Shown here piece by piece: positions 41,987 to 54,491 of a stretch of DNA of 64,000 nt. Positions within the stretch are counted from its first letter, which is position 1. Each line of letters opens with the position of its first letter. The translations under genes were made by a program, and so were the position numbers. The notes under the pieces are model-generated. The model was given only the letters and a program-made list of their open reading frames with translations. It ran no database searches and had not been told where the DNA came from. This DNA is from Clostridia bacterium (lineage in GTDB: Bacteria > Bacillota > Clostridia > UMGS1810), in NCBI GenBank assembly GCA_045538875.1, contig JAZQEG010000003.1, forward strand, positions 19 to 64,018, in the 5' to 3' direction.

Positions 41987-42472
41987 ATGGAGAACTTTAT
42001 GCAAGACAAAACAAATGTTATGCGTCTTTTGGATGGCAAAAAATTAAAATACAACAGCTTTTTTTACGGTGACGGAAATGCAATAAGTGCAGTGGAGGTT
42101 GCAACTATTTTGGGCCAACCTCCCCAAAGAGTGTTCAAAACTCTTGTAACCGTTGGCAAAAGCGGAAAAAATTATGTTTTTGTTATCCCTGCATGCAACG
42201 AACTCGACTTAAAAAAAGCGGCAAAGGCAGTCGGCGAAAAATCAATTTCGATGATTTTGTCTAAGCAGTTGTTGCCACTTACAGGGTATATTCATGGCGG
42301 GTGCTCGCCAATTGGGATGAAAAAATTTTTTACAACCACAATTCATCACACCGCCAAAGATTTTGAAACAATATTTTTCAGCGGCGGCAAAATTGGAGTT
42401 CAGGTTGAAATGAGCATTGAGGAGTTGTCTAAAATAATTACATTTTGCTTACATGATATTGTAGTTAGTTAA
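41987..42472 (+). CDS. ybaK: Cys-tRNA(Pro)/Cys-tRNA(Cys) deacylase, YbaK/EbsC family
   Basis: 161 aa. KTLV...K, GY..GG.SP.G and GG motifs of the YbaK editing domain. Confidence 0.8.
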   Translation: MENFMQDKTNVMRLLDGKKLKYNSFFYGDGNAISAVEVATILGQPPQRVFKTLVTVGKSGKNYVFVIPACNELDLKKAAKAVGEKSISMILSKQLLPLTGYIHGGCSPIGMKKFFTTTIHHTAKDFETIFFSGGKIGVQVEMSIEELSKIITFCLHDIVVS

Positions 42473-42484
42473 AGGAGAATAGTA

Positions 42485-43369
42485 ATGGATTTTAAGCATC
42501 AATTACAAAACAAAATTGAAGATATCGAAAAAATACTTAACATCTATCTTCCAAAAGAGGAGGGCCCTCAAAAAACTGTTATTGAGGCAATGAATTACAG
42601 CGTAAGAGCAGGCGGCAAACGCTTGCGCCCTATGCTTATGTATGAAACATACAAGCTTTTTGGGGGAAAAAGCAAGGTTGTTGAGCCGTTTATGGCAGCA
42701 CTTGAAATGATACATACATACTCTCTTGTGCACGATGACCTTCCGGCTCTTGACAACGATGAATACCGTCGCGGCAAAAAAACTACTCACGCAGTATATG
42801 GCGAGGCTATGGCTATTTTAGCAGGTGACGGACTTTTAAATTATGCATTTGAGGTGGCGTCAACTGCATTTGACTTGCAATTTGAACCAAAGGTGGCAAA
42901 AGCATTAAAGGTGTTGGGGACAAAGGCAGGTATTTTTGGTATGATAGGCGGCCAGATTGCAGATATCGAAAGCGAGGGCAAAAGTGTTGGTATTGAAACG
43001 GTGGAGTTTATTCACAGGCTAAAATGCGGAGCCCTTATCGAAAGTGCAATGCTTATTGGTGCAATTCTTGCGGGTGCTTCCGAGGATGAGCAGGCAAAAA
43101 TAGAACAAATCGGTGCGGACATAGGCTATGCATTTCAAATTCAGGATGATATTCTTGATGTTACAAGCACAACAGAGGTTTTGGGCAAGCCTGCAGGCAG
43201 CGATGACAAAAACCAAAAATCAACATATGTTTCAATAAAGGGGCTGGAGCAAGCAAAAAAGGATGTTGAGCTTATGTCGGACAGAGCACTCCAAAATCTG
43301 TCATCCTTTAAAAACAAAAATGCATTTTTGGAAGAATTGATAAAAATGCTTATAAACCGAGTAAACTAA
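42485..43369 (+). CDS. ispA: Polyprenyl (farnesyl/geranylgeranyl) diphosphate synthase
   Basis: 294 aa. First DDxxD in LVHDDLPALDND and second in FQIQDDILD. Confidence 0.88.
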   Translation: MDFKHQLQNKIEDIEKILNIYLPKEEGPQKTVIEAMNYSVRAGGKRLRPMLMYETYKLFGGKSKVVEPFMAALEMIHTYSLVHDDLPALDNDEYRRGKKTTHAVYGEAMAILAGDGLLNYAFEVASTAFDLQFEPKVAKALKVLGTKAGIFGMIGGQIADIESEGKSVGIETVEFIHRLKCGALIESAMLIGAILAGASEDEQAKIEQIGADIGYAFQIQDDILDVTSTTEVLGKPAGSDDKNQKSTYVSIKGLEQAKKDVELMSDRALQNLSSFKNKNAFLEELIKMLINRVN

Positions 43370-43375
43370 ATAACA

Positions 43376-43407
43376 AAAAGAGGTTCAAAAAGTGAACCTC
43401 TTTTTTT
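43376..43407 (+). terminator. Rho-independent terminator after ispA
   Basis: GAGGTTCA-AAAAG-TGAACCTC followed by TTTTTTT. Confidence 0.85.
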
Positions 43408-43512
43408 AGTGTGACAGGCCCCGAACTCTCACTGCCTGACATATGAAATTTTTGTAATCTTTCACTTTGTCGGTTTTGACGGGCGTCAGCCCGCCTGCAA
43501 CATGTCACACTA
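43407..43512. repeat. 106-nt GC-rich element bounded by 10-bp inverted repeats TAGTGTGACA / TGTCACACTA
   Basis: The inverted repeats are at 43407-43416 and 43503-43512. The interior has local GC-rich stems (CGGGC-TGAC-GCCCG on the minus strand). It shares the GTGACAG-type termini of the 35856-35910 hairpin. Confidence 0.5.
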
Positions 43513-43530
43513 AGGGACAATAAAAAAATG

Positions 43531-44352
43531 TTATATCAGCTCATTAATAAATTTTTCTATGCATATTCCTTCTTCCCAGGTAAGGCCTTGTTTTTGGGAA
43601 TACTTTGTTACTTTATGTATATAGTTTGTGGCAAATTTGACACTTTCAAAAATGCTTTTTCCCTTTGTAACATCCGATGCAACAATAGACGAAAATACAT
43701 CTCCCGTACCCGAAAAATATGTAGGCATAAGCGGAGAGGAGTATTTTTTAAAACTACTGCCGTCAAAAACATAGTTTGAAATTGTATCGTTATTTTTTAC
43801 GCCTGTTAGCACAACACTTTTTGCGCCTAAAGCATAAATTTTAGTGCAGATATCAATTGCTTCATCTTCGCTTATATATTCACTCGTGTATGGCACATCA
43901 GCAAGCACTGAGCCTTCCGTAATGTTGGGCGTTACAACATCTGCCTGTGCGGCAAGCTTTTTCATTTTAACACACATACTGTGGGTGTAGGTTGTGTATA
44001 TTTTGCCGTCGTCACCCATTACAGGGTCTACAATAAGCTTTGTTTGAGGAGTATAAAACTTTTTTATAAAATCACTGACTACCTCTATTTGATGCTCCGA
44101 GCCTAAAAAGCCTGTGTATATGCCGTCAAATGTAAGCTGTTGCTTTTGCCAGTTTGATGTAAAATTTGTCATTTTGTCGGTGTAATCATCAAAAAAGTAA
44201 TGCTTGTACCCTGTGTGATTTGAGAGTATTGCTGTGGGCATTACGCAGCACTGGAGTCCTCTTGCGGCAATAATGGGCATTGCCACAGTAAGAGAGCATC
44301 TGCTTGAGCCCGAAAGGTCGTTTATAACAGCTATTTTTTTGTGTTTGTTCAT
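43531..44352 (-). CDS. pdxK: Pyridoxal/pyridoxamine kinase (ribokinase-fold)
   Basis: 273 aa. KIAVINDLSG.SRCSL....PI, GVKNN and SGTGDVFSS anion-hole motifs. Confidence 0.75.
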   Translation of the reverse strand: MNKHKKIAVINDLSGSSRCSLTVAMPIIAARGLQCCVMPTAILSNHTGYKHYFFDDYTDKMTNFTSNWQKQQLTFDGIYTGFLGSEHQIEVVSDFIKKFYTPQTKLIVDPVMGDDGKIYTTYTHSMCVKMKKLAAQADVVTPNITEGSVLADVPYTSEYISEDEAIDICTKIYALGAKSVVLTGVKNNDTISNYVFDGSSFKKYSSPLMPTYFSGTGDVFSSIVASDVTKGKSIFESVKFATNYIHKVTKYSQKQGLTWEEGICIEKFINELI

Positions 44353-44385
44353 CTAAGCAAATCATTCCTTTCAATGATATCTAAA

Positions 44386-47091
<2,706 letters not shown>

Positions 47092-47108
<17 letters not shown>

Positions 47109-48930
47109 CGCCTTTAAAACAATTTGCTCCGCACGCCGAGCATTTTTGACGGCAGTTTGGTGTTACAATTGCCTGCTTTGCCTTTTTTGCCTCGGAAATA
47201 AGAAATTCTTTTTTTACTCCAACATCTATCATATCCCATGGGAATATTTCGTCAAAGGAGCGCTCTCTTGTGTAAAAAAACGGGTCTATGCCACATTCGC
47301 GGAAAGCCTCCATCCATTTTTCCATACTAAAAAACTGACTCCAGCCGTCAAAGCGTATTCCTTTTTTGTGTGCTGCAATAAGCACATTACTAAGGCGTCT
47401 GTCGCCACGGGCAAACACACCCTCGAGCACGCTAACAGGTGCTTCGTGGTAGTTGTGCTTGATGCGCTTGTCGGTCATACACTCTTTAAGTGCCGCTTGT
47501 TTTTCCCTGAGTTCTTCCATTGTGTTTTGCCTAGCCCACTGAAATGGTGTAAAAGCCTTTGGCACAAAAGATGATACCGATGTACTCACTCTAAGCCCCG
47601 GTGAGCGTTTTTCCTTTGGGATGGAAAAATATTGTGCCACAACCTTTTTTGAAAGGTCGGCAATTCCGCACACATCCTCAATAGTTTCGTAAGGCAGGCC
47701 AATCATAAAGTACAATTTAATGCTTGAATATCCACCTTCAAAAGCCATTTTTGAGCTGTTCATTAAATCCTCTTCGGTAATACCTTTGTTTATAACATCC
47801 CTCATACGCTGTGTACCTGCCTCGGGAGCAAAGGTAAGTGAGCTTTTGCGCACCTTGTTTACCTTGTTCATCAGCTCCATCGAAAATGAGTCCAGTCGCA
47901 GTGACGGCAACGACAGGCTAACCTTTTTGCTTTCGGTCATTTCAAGCAGTTTTTGCGAAAATTCGGCCAGCTTGGTGTAGTCGCTTGTAGAAAGTGACGA
48001 AAGGCTTATTTCGTTGTAGCCAGTATTGTCAATAAGCTTTTGCGCACAATCGAGCAGTGTTTGGCTGCTTTTTTCTCTAACAGGGCGGTAAATCATACCT
48101 GCCTGACAAAAACGGCATCCGCGTATACAACCTCTAAACACTTCAAGCATAATGCGGTCGTGCACAACCTCTATAAACGGGACAATAATTTTGTCGGGGT
48201 AATACGCAGTGTCAAGGTTTTCAACAACTCTTTTTTTGATGGTTTTGGGCACATCGTCGCTAATTGGATTTATTGCCTTAACAGTACCGTCATCGTTGTA
48301 TTCAATGTTATAAAATGATGGAACATAAATACCTGGGATTTTGGACACCATTTTTAAAAATTCTGCTCTTGGCAAGTTTTTTTGCTTCCACTCGTTGTAT
48401 AGGTCCATTACTTCCATCATCATTTCTTCGCCTTCGCCAAGCTCAACAAAATCGGCAAAAGGGGCAATTGCCTCGCCGCTGTACGCACAAGGCCCGCCAA
48501 ATACTACAAAAGGGTCGCCCTCGCCTCTGTCTTTTGCAAGCAGTGGCACATTTGCAAGGTCAAGCATATTGAGTATGTTTGAATAGCTCATTTCGTACTG
48601 AAGTGTAAAGCCTATAAAGTCAAAATTGGTAATTGCTTCCATAGATTCAAGTGCAAAAAGAGGTATGTTGTTTTTGCGCATTTGGTCTTCCATATCAACC
48701 CAGGGTGCAAAAACTCTCTCACACCACACATCCTCACGCTCGTTGAGCATATGGTACAAAATTTTTATACCCAAATGCGACATACCTATTTCATATGTGT
48801 CGGGAAAGCAAAACGCAAATCGTATTTTAACCTCATCGGCATTTTTACGCACGCTGTTAAATTCACCGCCTGTGTATCTTGCAGGTTTTTCAACAAACGG
48901 CAATATATTTTCTATCTGTTTTCTAAGCAT
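47092..48930 (-). CDS. B12-binding-domain radical SAM protein (TIGR03960 family)
   Basis: 612 aa. CxxxCxxC in RGCIRGCRFCQAG, preceded by an N-terminal B12-binding-like domain. Confidence 0.85.
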
Positions 48931-48957
48931 GGTACAGTACCTTTCGTAATTGTTATA

Positions 48958-49842
48958 TCATACAATTTTATTATACAACAAATCTGTTTTAATTTCAACA
49001 CATTCGCCAAAGGTTTGATGAATTTTTAATCCGTCAAGTATTTGCGACTGAGTTAAAAAGCCCAAGTACCTTTGCCCGTCATAAACTGCAACAATAAGTG
49101 TATAGCAAAAACTTATGTGTTTTATAGCGGTGCTTAAGTGGTCGGATTTATGCATTGTTATAAGCTTTAATTTTTTGCCTGATTTTACGCACCCTGTAAG
49201 AATTTTACCTGTGATATATATAACAGTGTTTTTTGTTTTAATAATACTAGTAATAATAATCATTGCAACAATAATAAGCGTTATGTTGCCGCTGCTGTAA
49301 GCGCACAAAATGCATCCACCCAGCAAAAATACAGTTTCAAAAAAATACGAAATGTAAGTAATAATTTTGTACGAATACACAATTCCCTGTCTGCAGCTTA
49401 TAAATGACCTTAGTATTTCGCCGCCGTCAAGGGGGGTGCAGGGCAGCATATTAAACAATAACAAAGTAAGGTTTGTATTTGTAAAAAATATAACAAACGC
49501 ATTGTCAAAAAGCATACTTGTAAATTTGCCTGCCGCAAACAGTATAAAAGAGCAAAAAGGCCCTGCCAAAGATATAAGCATTTGCTTTTTGGGGCATATG
49601 GGCGTTTGAGTTTTAAGCTCTGCTCCGTAAGGGAAAATGGAAATCCCGTGTGTTTTTACTTTTAATTTGCAGCACATTGCCAGGTGAGCACACTCGTGTG
49701 CCAGTACCGATGCATATACAATAAGCACATAAGGTGTAAGCCCCGACACAACCGAAACAAAAATGAGCAGATGACAAAATCTGCTCACTTTAATATACTG
49801 GTGTTTTAGCTTTTTGGAAGGTACTCTTCGGGGTCTACGCAT
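48958..49842 (-). CDS. spoIVFB: Site-2 (M50) intramembrane metalloprotease with C-terminal CBS domain, SpoIVFB-like
   Basis: HExxH (AHECAHLAM), NxxPxxxLDG (FNMLPCTPLDGGEI), multiple TM helices and a CBS-like tail. The start is uncertain: the ATG at 49842 overlaps the upstream gene by 37 nt. Confidence 0.75.
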   Translation of the reverse strand: MRRPRRVPSKKLKHQYIKVSRFCHLLIFVSVVSGLTPYVLIVYASVLAHECAHLAMCCKLKVKTHGISIFPYGAELKTQTPICPKKQMLISLAGPFCSFILFAAGKFTSMLFDNAFVIFFTNTNLTLLLFNMLPCTPLDGGEILRSFISCRQGIVYSYKIITYISYFFETVFLLGGCILCAYSSGNITLIIVAMIIITSIIKTKNTVIYITGKILTGCVKSGKKLKLITMHKSDHLSTAIKHISFCYTLIVAVYDGQRYLGFLTQSQILDGLKIHQTFGECVEIKTDLLYNKIV

Positions 49843-50582
49843 TTTCCGTCAATCCTCACTTCAAGATGCACATGCGGGCCTGTGGCGGCACCGGTTGCGC
49901 CCACAGAGCCTATGCGTGTATTAGAGTCTACCACTTCGTCTTTTTTTACCATTATTTCGCTCATATGTCCGTACACCGTTTCCATACTCTGGCTGTGGCG
50001 CACTTTTACATAGTTGCCAAGGTTTGAGTCAAATCCTGTGTCGGTAACGGTGCCTGGGAGTGATGCTATTATGCAATCACCATAATTTGCAGCAATGTCA
50101 ACACCATAATGGGTGGAGCTATCTCCGCTAAGAGGGTGCTCCCTGCTGCCAAATTTTGATGTAATATTGCCAACTGCAGGCATACGAAATTGGGGCTGTT
50201 GCTCCTGCTCTTCCTCCTCATTGGGCTTATGCTCGGCAATTTGTTTTTGCGGATATATTGCAGGCTCACTCAGCTTTGTGGCCGAAACGGGTATGCCCAT
50301 TTTAGTTTTGTCTAGCCCTCCGTCAAAAAATGCAGTCATAACATCAAAGTATTTCCCCCCTGCACTTATAATGTTAAAATACACATTTTTTGATTTACCA
50401 AACATATTTTTTAAATCACTTTTGTTCCATGTTATATTAACTGTTTTATGTAAAAATTCCTTGTGATTGGGAAAATAATTAACATTTGAAATAATTACAC
50501 AATAAATGAGCAGCACTATCGACACAATGCCCTGAATAGCCACCTTTTTTTCAAAGCTTATTTTTTTGCGTTTTTTTGTCAT
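49806..50582 (-). CDS. Membrane-anchored M23 (LytM) metallopeptidase in the SpoIVFA position
   Basis: N-terminal TM helix. Intact M23 motifs HYGVDIAA and GPHVHLEV. Start placed at the ATG (MTKKRKK) downstream of the terminator at 50604-50646. The ORF-track TTG at 50627 lies inside that terminator. Confidence 0.75.
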   Translation of the reverse strand: MTKKRKKISFEKKVAIQGIVSIVLLIYCVIISNVNYFPNHKEFLHKTVNITWNKSDLKNMFGKSKNVYFNIISAGGKYFDVMTAFFDGGLDKTKMGIPVSATKLSEPAIYPQKQIAEHKPNEEEEQEQQPQFRMPAVGNITSKFGSREHPLSGDSSTHYGVDIAANYGDCIIASLPGTVTDTGFDSNLGNYVKVRHSQSMETVYGHMSEIMVKKDEVVDSNTRIGSVGATGAATGPHVHLEVRIDGKCVDPEEYLPKS

Positions 50583-50603
50583 TTGTAAGGGCTGGTATTT
50601 TTT

Positions 50604-50646
50604 TCTCAAAAAACTCACCTCACACAATATAATTGTATGAGGTGAG
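50604..50646 (-). terminator. Rho-independent terminator ending phage-like block B
   Basis: Minus strand: CTCACCTCA-loop-TGAGGTGAG followed by TTTTTTT. It lies 15 nt after the stop of the 309-aa gene. Confidence 0.75.
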
Positions 50647-50660
50647 ACACAAAATTATGA

Positions 50661-51590
50661 TTATATACCCAGCTTGTTCAAAAGCTCATCCAGGTCTATA
50701 TTGCCGTATGATTCTTTGTATATGGTTTCTGCAAGCTTTGCAAGAGCGTCGTACTTGTCGGCGTTTGCCTGATAATTCCATTTTGCATTGTTGGAGTTAA
50801 GCTTTGCAAAGTTGTACGAAAGATTGTTTTGGTCTTTTTGCTTTTTGTAATTTAATTCCTCCCGCCATCTGATGTCATCTTCTCTGTCACGCTCGGCCTC
50901 ATAATTTAACTTGGCAATTTCTGAAATTTTGTTTAAGGCAGTTGTAAGCTCGTTGCTGAATCTGTCGTACTCAAAGTCGCGCTCATCTTTGTACTGGTCA
51001 ACACTGTCAAGATATCTTGTATAATCATTTTTGTCTGCTTTTTCAAGCATATCGAGTATGTCATACTCTCTGTTTATGCCGTCAACATATCTTTTGTAGG
51101 CGGCATTATACAGCTCTGTTGCTTTGTCTGCAAGGGCAGAGTTGTAAAAATTTTGAGCCTGAGTGGCGCTTGCAGCAGCATTTGTATTTACAATTCCGCC
51201 TGTTTTTATAGAGCTTTGGGCTATGGCACGGTCATAAGCATCGTTGCCCATTTGTGTGTAAACCTTTTTGTAAAGCTGATACATCGGGTCGCTGTTGGGA
51301 TTGTAGCTAAAGTCTTTAATGTCAATAATCCTTTTTTGAGCATTTCTTATCATTTTGTCATATTGTGAGCTAAATTGAGGTTTTTGCAAAACGGGGTAGT
51401 AGCCGCTGCCGTCATTACCGCCGGTATATCCGCCGTATATGCGGCGTATGCTGTTTGCATAGGCATTTGCCTCAGCCATACCAGTCTCATCGCCGTTTGC
51501 CTGAGCTTTTGCATAGTTTTGTTTTGCACTTTTTATACCCTCTTTTGCAGCAGTTGTCAATTTTTCATCATATTGTGATAATTTGGTCAT
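50661..51590 (-). CDS. Hypothetical alpha-helical protein (possible phage virion or internal protein)
   Basis: 309 aa. The ATG immediately follows the upstream stop (TAAATG). The sequence is Y/N/D/K-rich and helical. No motif assigned. Confidence 0.6.
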   Translation of the reverse strand: MTKLSQYDEKLTTAAKEGIKSAKQNYAKAQANGDETGMAEANAYANSIRRIYGGYTGGNDGSGYYPVLQKPQFSSQYDKMIRNAQKRIIDIKDFSYNPNSDPMYQLYKKVYTQMGNDAYDRAIAQSSIKTGGIVNTNAAASATQAQNFYNSALADKATELYNAAYKRYVDGINREYDILDMLEKADKNDYTRYLDSVDQYKDERDFEYDRFSNELTTALNKISEIAKLNYEAERDREDDIRWREELNYKKQKDQNNLSYNFAKLNSNNAKWNYQANADKYDALAKLAETIYKESYGNIDLDELLNKLGI

Positions 51591-53342
51591 TTAGTTTCCT
51601 CCTTCTTTTAATAAAAAATATTCTCTTGTTAAATTTTTTAATGTAAAGTTGCCTTTGCCTTCAAATTTTACACAAATTTTTTTACACTTTATTCTTGGCA
51701 GCACAATAATGGTGTATCCGTTGTCGCTGTGCTCATAATCACCGTTTATATAAGCAAGCGGTATGTTGTTGTCGCAGGTTGTTTTAACGGTAAAATATCC
51801 GTTTTTGCCAAGCGTGTATTTTAAAAGCAGCCTTGTATAGCATTTGCTGTTAAAGGCACCCTCGTCAAACTCCATTTCAAAGCTCCACTCTGTATCATCT
51901 GCACTTTTTGAATTTAGCAGTGATATTTTGTTTTTGCCGCAGGCATACACTGATGCGCCGTTGTTTATAAGCAAAAATTCGTCGTCTGCAGCTATTTGGT
52001 GCCAAACCCTTTCGGCAACATAATATACAAGTATTATGCGTTTGCCCTTTTGCTCTGCAACAACATAATAGTTGCTGCCGTCTGTTGCGGCGGCAATAGC
52101 TGTTATGTCACCTTGCAGCTTTTGAGAAATGCACACAGGCACACCGCCGCTGTATGCATAAAAACCGTCAACGCCCTTGTAGTACAAAATTCCGTTAATG
52201 CACACAAGGGTTTTGTGAGCGTTTTTTTGTACACCGCTTAAGGATTGGGTGTAAAGAGTGTAATCCTCAGGCTGACTGCCGTAAATTTTGTGTACGCAGT
52301 TTTCTTTAAATGCAAAAATGTTTCCGTTGTACACGCATATTGCGGTAAACTCACCGCCTGTATCCACCTCCAGAGAGTAGCATGACGATGGCAGCGTTCC
52401 ATATGTATCTGACGAAAAGTCGTACCAAACGGACGCATCTCCAAGCAGTGAGCATCTTATGGAATTGCCCTCAACACCCCATACCCTGTTGCCGTGGGTA
52501 CACATATGCTTAAGGTCGGGTATTCTTTTTTCAATTGTAATACGTGTTGCATAAATTGTGTCATAGCCGTTTGTGTCAATTGCATTGTCATTAAACACAA
52601 GCATATAGTTAACCTCTTCGGAGCCGTAGAGGTTTTTGTTGGTAACAGTGCTTATTCTTGTTATTTCAAACGTAAAGCCCTCTTTCCATTTTTCCTTGTA
52701 CTTGTTATATTCGGTATAATCCGACACATCGTCAACATATATATCTGCACTTATGTGTACAAATTCCCCAACCTTTACATCCTTTGGGCGCATACACAGC
52801 CATGAAAACGCACTGTATGATATAGATGTTGATTGAACATTGTTTGAGCTTATTACGGCTACACCGTCGGGTATCGAATAAGCACCACCAATTTTTTCTT
52901 TTGCTTGCTTTATGGCAGAGCTTAAATTAAAATGCTGACTGACCGCTAAGTTTTTTGCTGTGTTTGTTGATGGTGTGTAAAGCACCTTGTCGGGCATAAT
53001 AAGTACCTGGTCCGACATACTTGCAAAATATCTTTCGCTTGTTGCGTCACTGTCAGATATCTGCGCCTTGTTGTCACCGTAATTAATTGTGCATTTGCTG
53101 GCACCAACAGGTGATGAAGTGTAAAACAGATTGTTGTAAAAAGATGCACCGTTTATGCATTGGTCTGTTGTTATTAAAGAGTTTGCACCCTTTGCACTTG
53201 ACAGGCAGGGGTAATCCTTTGCGCTCATATTAAATGATGACACAAGCTCGTTGTCCTGCTTTGACTTAGAATAATTAATTCCTGCAAAGCTTGTAATTTG
53301 GGTAGCCTTTTTTGTTATTTTTTCGGACATATATGGCAGCAT
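51591..53342 (-). CDS. Hypothetical 583-aa protein with beta-propeller-like repeats (possible phage tail or neck protein)
   Basis: RBS GGAGGTG-5nt-ATG. Recurrent blade-like segments (HGNRVWGVEGNSIRCS, YNGNIFAFKENCVHKIYG, INGILYYKGVDGFYAYSGG, DGSNYYVVAEQ, NNGASVYACGKN). Confidence 0.6.
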   Translation of the reverse strand: MLPYMSEKITKKATQITSFAGINYSKSKQDNELVSSFNMSAKDYPCLSSAKGANSLITTDQCINGASFYNNLFYTSSPVGASKCTINYGDNKAQISDSDATSERYFASMSDQVLIMPDKVLYTPSTNTAKNLAVSQHFNLSSAIKQAKEKIGGAYSIPDGVAVISSNNVQSTSISYSAFSWLCMRPKDVKVGEFVHISADIYVDDVSDYTEYNKYKEKWKEGFTFEITRISTVTNKNLYGSEEVNYMLVFNDNAIDTNGYDTIYATRITIEKRIPDLKHMCTHGNRVWGVEGNSIRCSLLGDASVWYDFSSDTYGTLPSSCYSLEVDTGGEFTAICVYNGNIFAFKENCVHKIYGSQPEDYTLYTQSLSGVQKNAHKTLVCINGILYYKGVDGFYAYSGGVPVCISQKLQGDITAIAAATDGSNYYVVAEQKGKRIILVYYVAERVWHQIAADDEFLLINNGASVYACGKNKISLLNSKSADDTEWSFEMEFDEGAFNSKCYTRLLLKYTLGKNGYFTVKTTCDNNIPLAYINGDYEHSDNGYTIIVLPRIKCKKICVKFEGKGNFTLKNLTREYFLLKEGGN

Positions 53343-53353
53343 AATTTCACCTC

Positions 53354-53716
53354 CTATTGCGTTATAACTGTGTTTTTTGGGGGTATGTTTTGCCTGCGGT
53401 ATTTTTTTTGCCAGTCTGTCATTAGCGAATTAAACATTGCGCTGTGATTGTTGTACATGGCAACATCCGAGTTTGCCATATCCATCATTGACAAAAGGTA
53501 ATACACATAGATATCGCTTCCCTCGCTCCCCAAAACAAGCTCGGCGTTTGTGTCATTTTCAAAGCTGTCATCGTAGTGCGTTTCGCCGTACATAGACATA
53601 AAATATCTTATTTTTGCCTCCAGTGTGTATACCCAATTTCGTTTTTGTGTCTGCAAAAATCCATTTGGCGAAATAGCATCTGCAGCTGTTACTGCATCAA
53701 GAAATGTAAATTTCAA
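53354..53716 (-). CDS. Hypothetical 120-aa protein (possible head-tail connector-type protein)
   Basis: The TTG start overlaps the upstream stop (TTGA). Size and position resemble phage head-completion proteins. The assignment is weak. Confidence 0.5.
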   Translation of the reverse strand: MKFTFLDAVTAADAISPNGFLQTQKRNWVYTLEAKIRYFMSMYGETHYDDSFENDTNAELVLGSEGSDIYVYYLLSMMDMANSDVAMYNNHSAMFNSLMTDWQKKYRRQNIPPKNTVITQ

Positions 53717-53877
53717 CTTTCGCTTCCTCCTTTCTGTAATTGTTTAATAATTTCAAGTTGTTTTTCAATGTGTTTGAGCCTTGCCTCTGTTTCATACCTT
53801 ATCTGTTCAACATACAAATACACCTTGTAGCTGTCCGACTCAGCAGATTTAAGGTCAGGTGCAAACTGGTTTTGCAT
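53713..53877 (-). CDS. Small 54-aa coiled-coil ORF (absent from the ORF track, below its size cutoff)
   Basis: ATG at 53877 preceded by AAAGGAGGGAGGAA. Translation is MQNQFAPDLKSAESDSYKVYLYVEQIRYETEARLKHIEKQLEIIKQLQKGGSES. Its stop overlaps the next start. Confidence 0.55.
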   Translation of the reverse strand: MQNQFAPDLKSAESDSYKVYLYVEQIRYETEARLKHIEKQLEIIKQLQKGGSES

Positions 53878-54031
53878 AATTCCTCCCTCCTTTGTGCCGA
53901 AGTGTAATTTTCGGCTGATATATCAAAGACACATTTTTATTATAAATGGTAATTAATTGACATTTCGCCTACTAACCTATTGATTTTTAAATAAAATTGA
54001 TGTAAAATTGTTTTGTAGGTGATATATGTTG

Positions 54032-54472
54032 ATGATATATGTTGATGCAGATGCCTGCCCTGTTAAAAAAATTATTGAGGCAGTTGCAAAAAGGTATAAA
54101 ATTCCCGTTACTATGATTGTAGATGTAAATCATATACTTACCTCTGATTACAGCGAGATAATCACTGTTTCGCAAGGTGAAAACAGTGTAGACCTTGAAC
54201 TTATAAACAGAGTGCAAAAGGGCGACATTGTTGTAAGTCAGGATTATGGCGTTGCGGCACTTAGCTTAGGCAAGGGTGCTTATGCAATAGGCAACAGCGG
54301 GCTTTTGTATACTAAAGATAATATTGACAGGCTCCTTTTTGAAAGGTTTGTGCACGGCAAGGCAAGGCGTGCAGGCAAGGCAGGCAGGGGCGCAAGTATT
54401 AAAAAACGCACATCTGGCGATGATGACAATTTTTTGTATCAGTTTGACAAACTGTGTGCATCGGTTATATAA
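54032..54472 (+). CDS. yaiI: YaiI/YqxD family protein (UPF0178/DUF188)
   Basis: MIYVDADACPV is the canonical family N-terminus. AGGTGA lies 9 nt upstream of this ATG. The ORF-track ATG at 54026 is part of a 13-bp tandem duplication. Confidence 0.8.
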   Translation: MIYVDADACPVKKIIEAVAKRYKIPVTMIVDVNHILTSDYSEIITVSQGENSVDLELINRVQKGDIVVSQDYGVAALSLGKGAYAIGNSGLLYTKDNIDRLLFERFVHGKARRAGKAGRGASIKKRTSGDDDNFLYQFDKLCASVI

Positions 54473-54491
54473 ATTTTTAGGAGGATGTAAA

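Larger units (their letters stand above)
50661..53877 (-). mobile_element. Phage-derived gene block B (four translationally coupled ORFs), probable prophage remnant or domesticated module
   Basis: Start/stop overlaps (TTGA, TAAATG), own terminator, no cellular homologs I recognise, and a repeat-rich 583-aa protein typical of virion proteins. Confidence 0.5.

Noticed and set aside
50583-50627. TTG start of the M23 peptidase ORF at 50627
   Set aside because: It lies inside the stem and T-run of the terminator that ends the upstream phage-like unit. The ATG at 50582 is preferred, although it lacks a strong RBS, so the start remains uncertain.
51591-53342. The 583-aa protein as the missing portal
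   Set aside because: Its repetitive blade-like beta segments do not resemble the alpha/beta wing-stem-clip organisation of portals. I cannot exclude it without structure prediction, so it is left as an unassigned virion-like protein.
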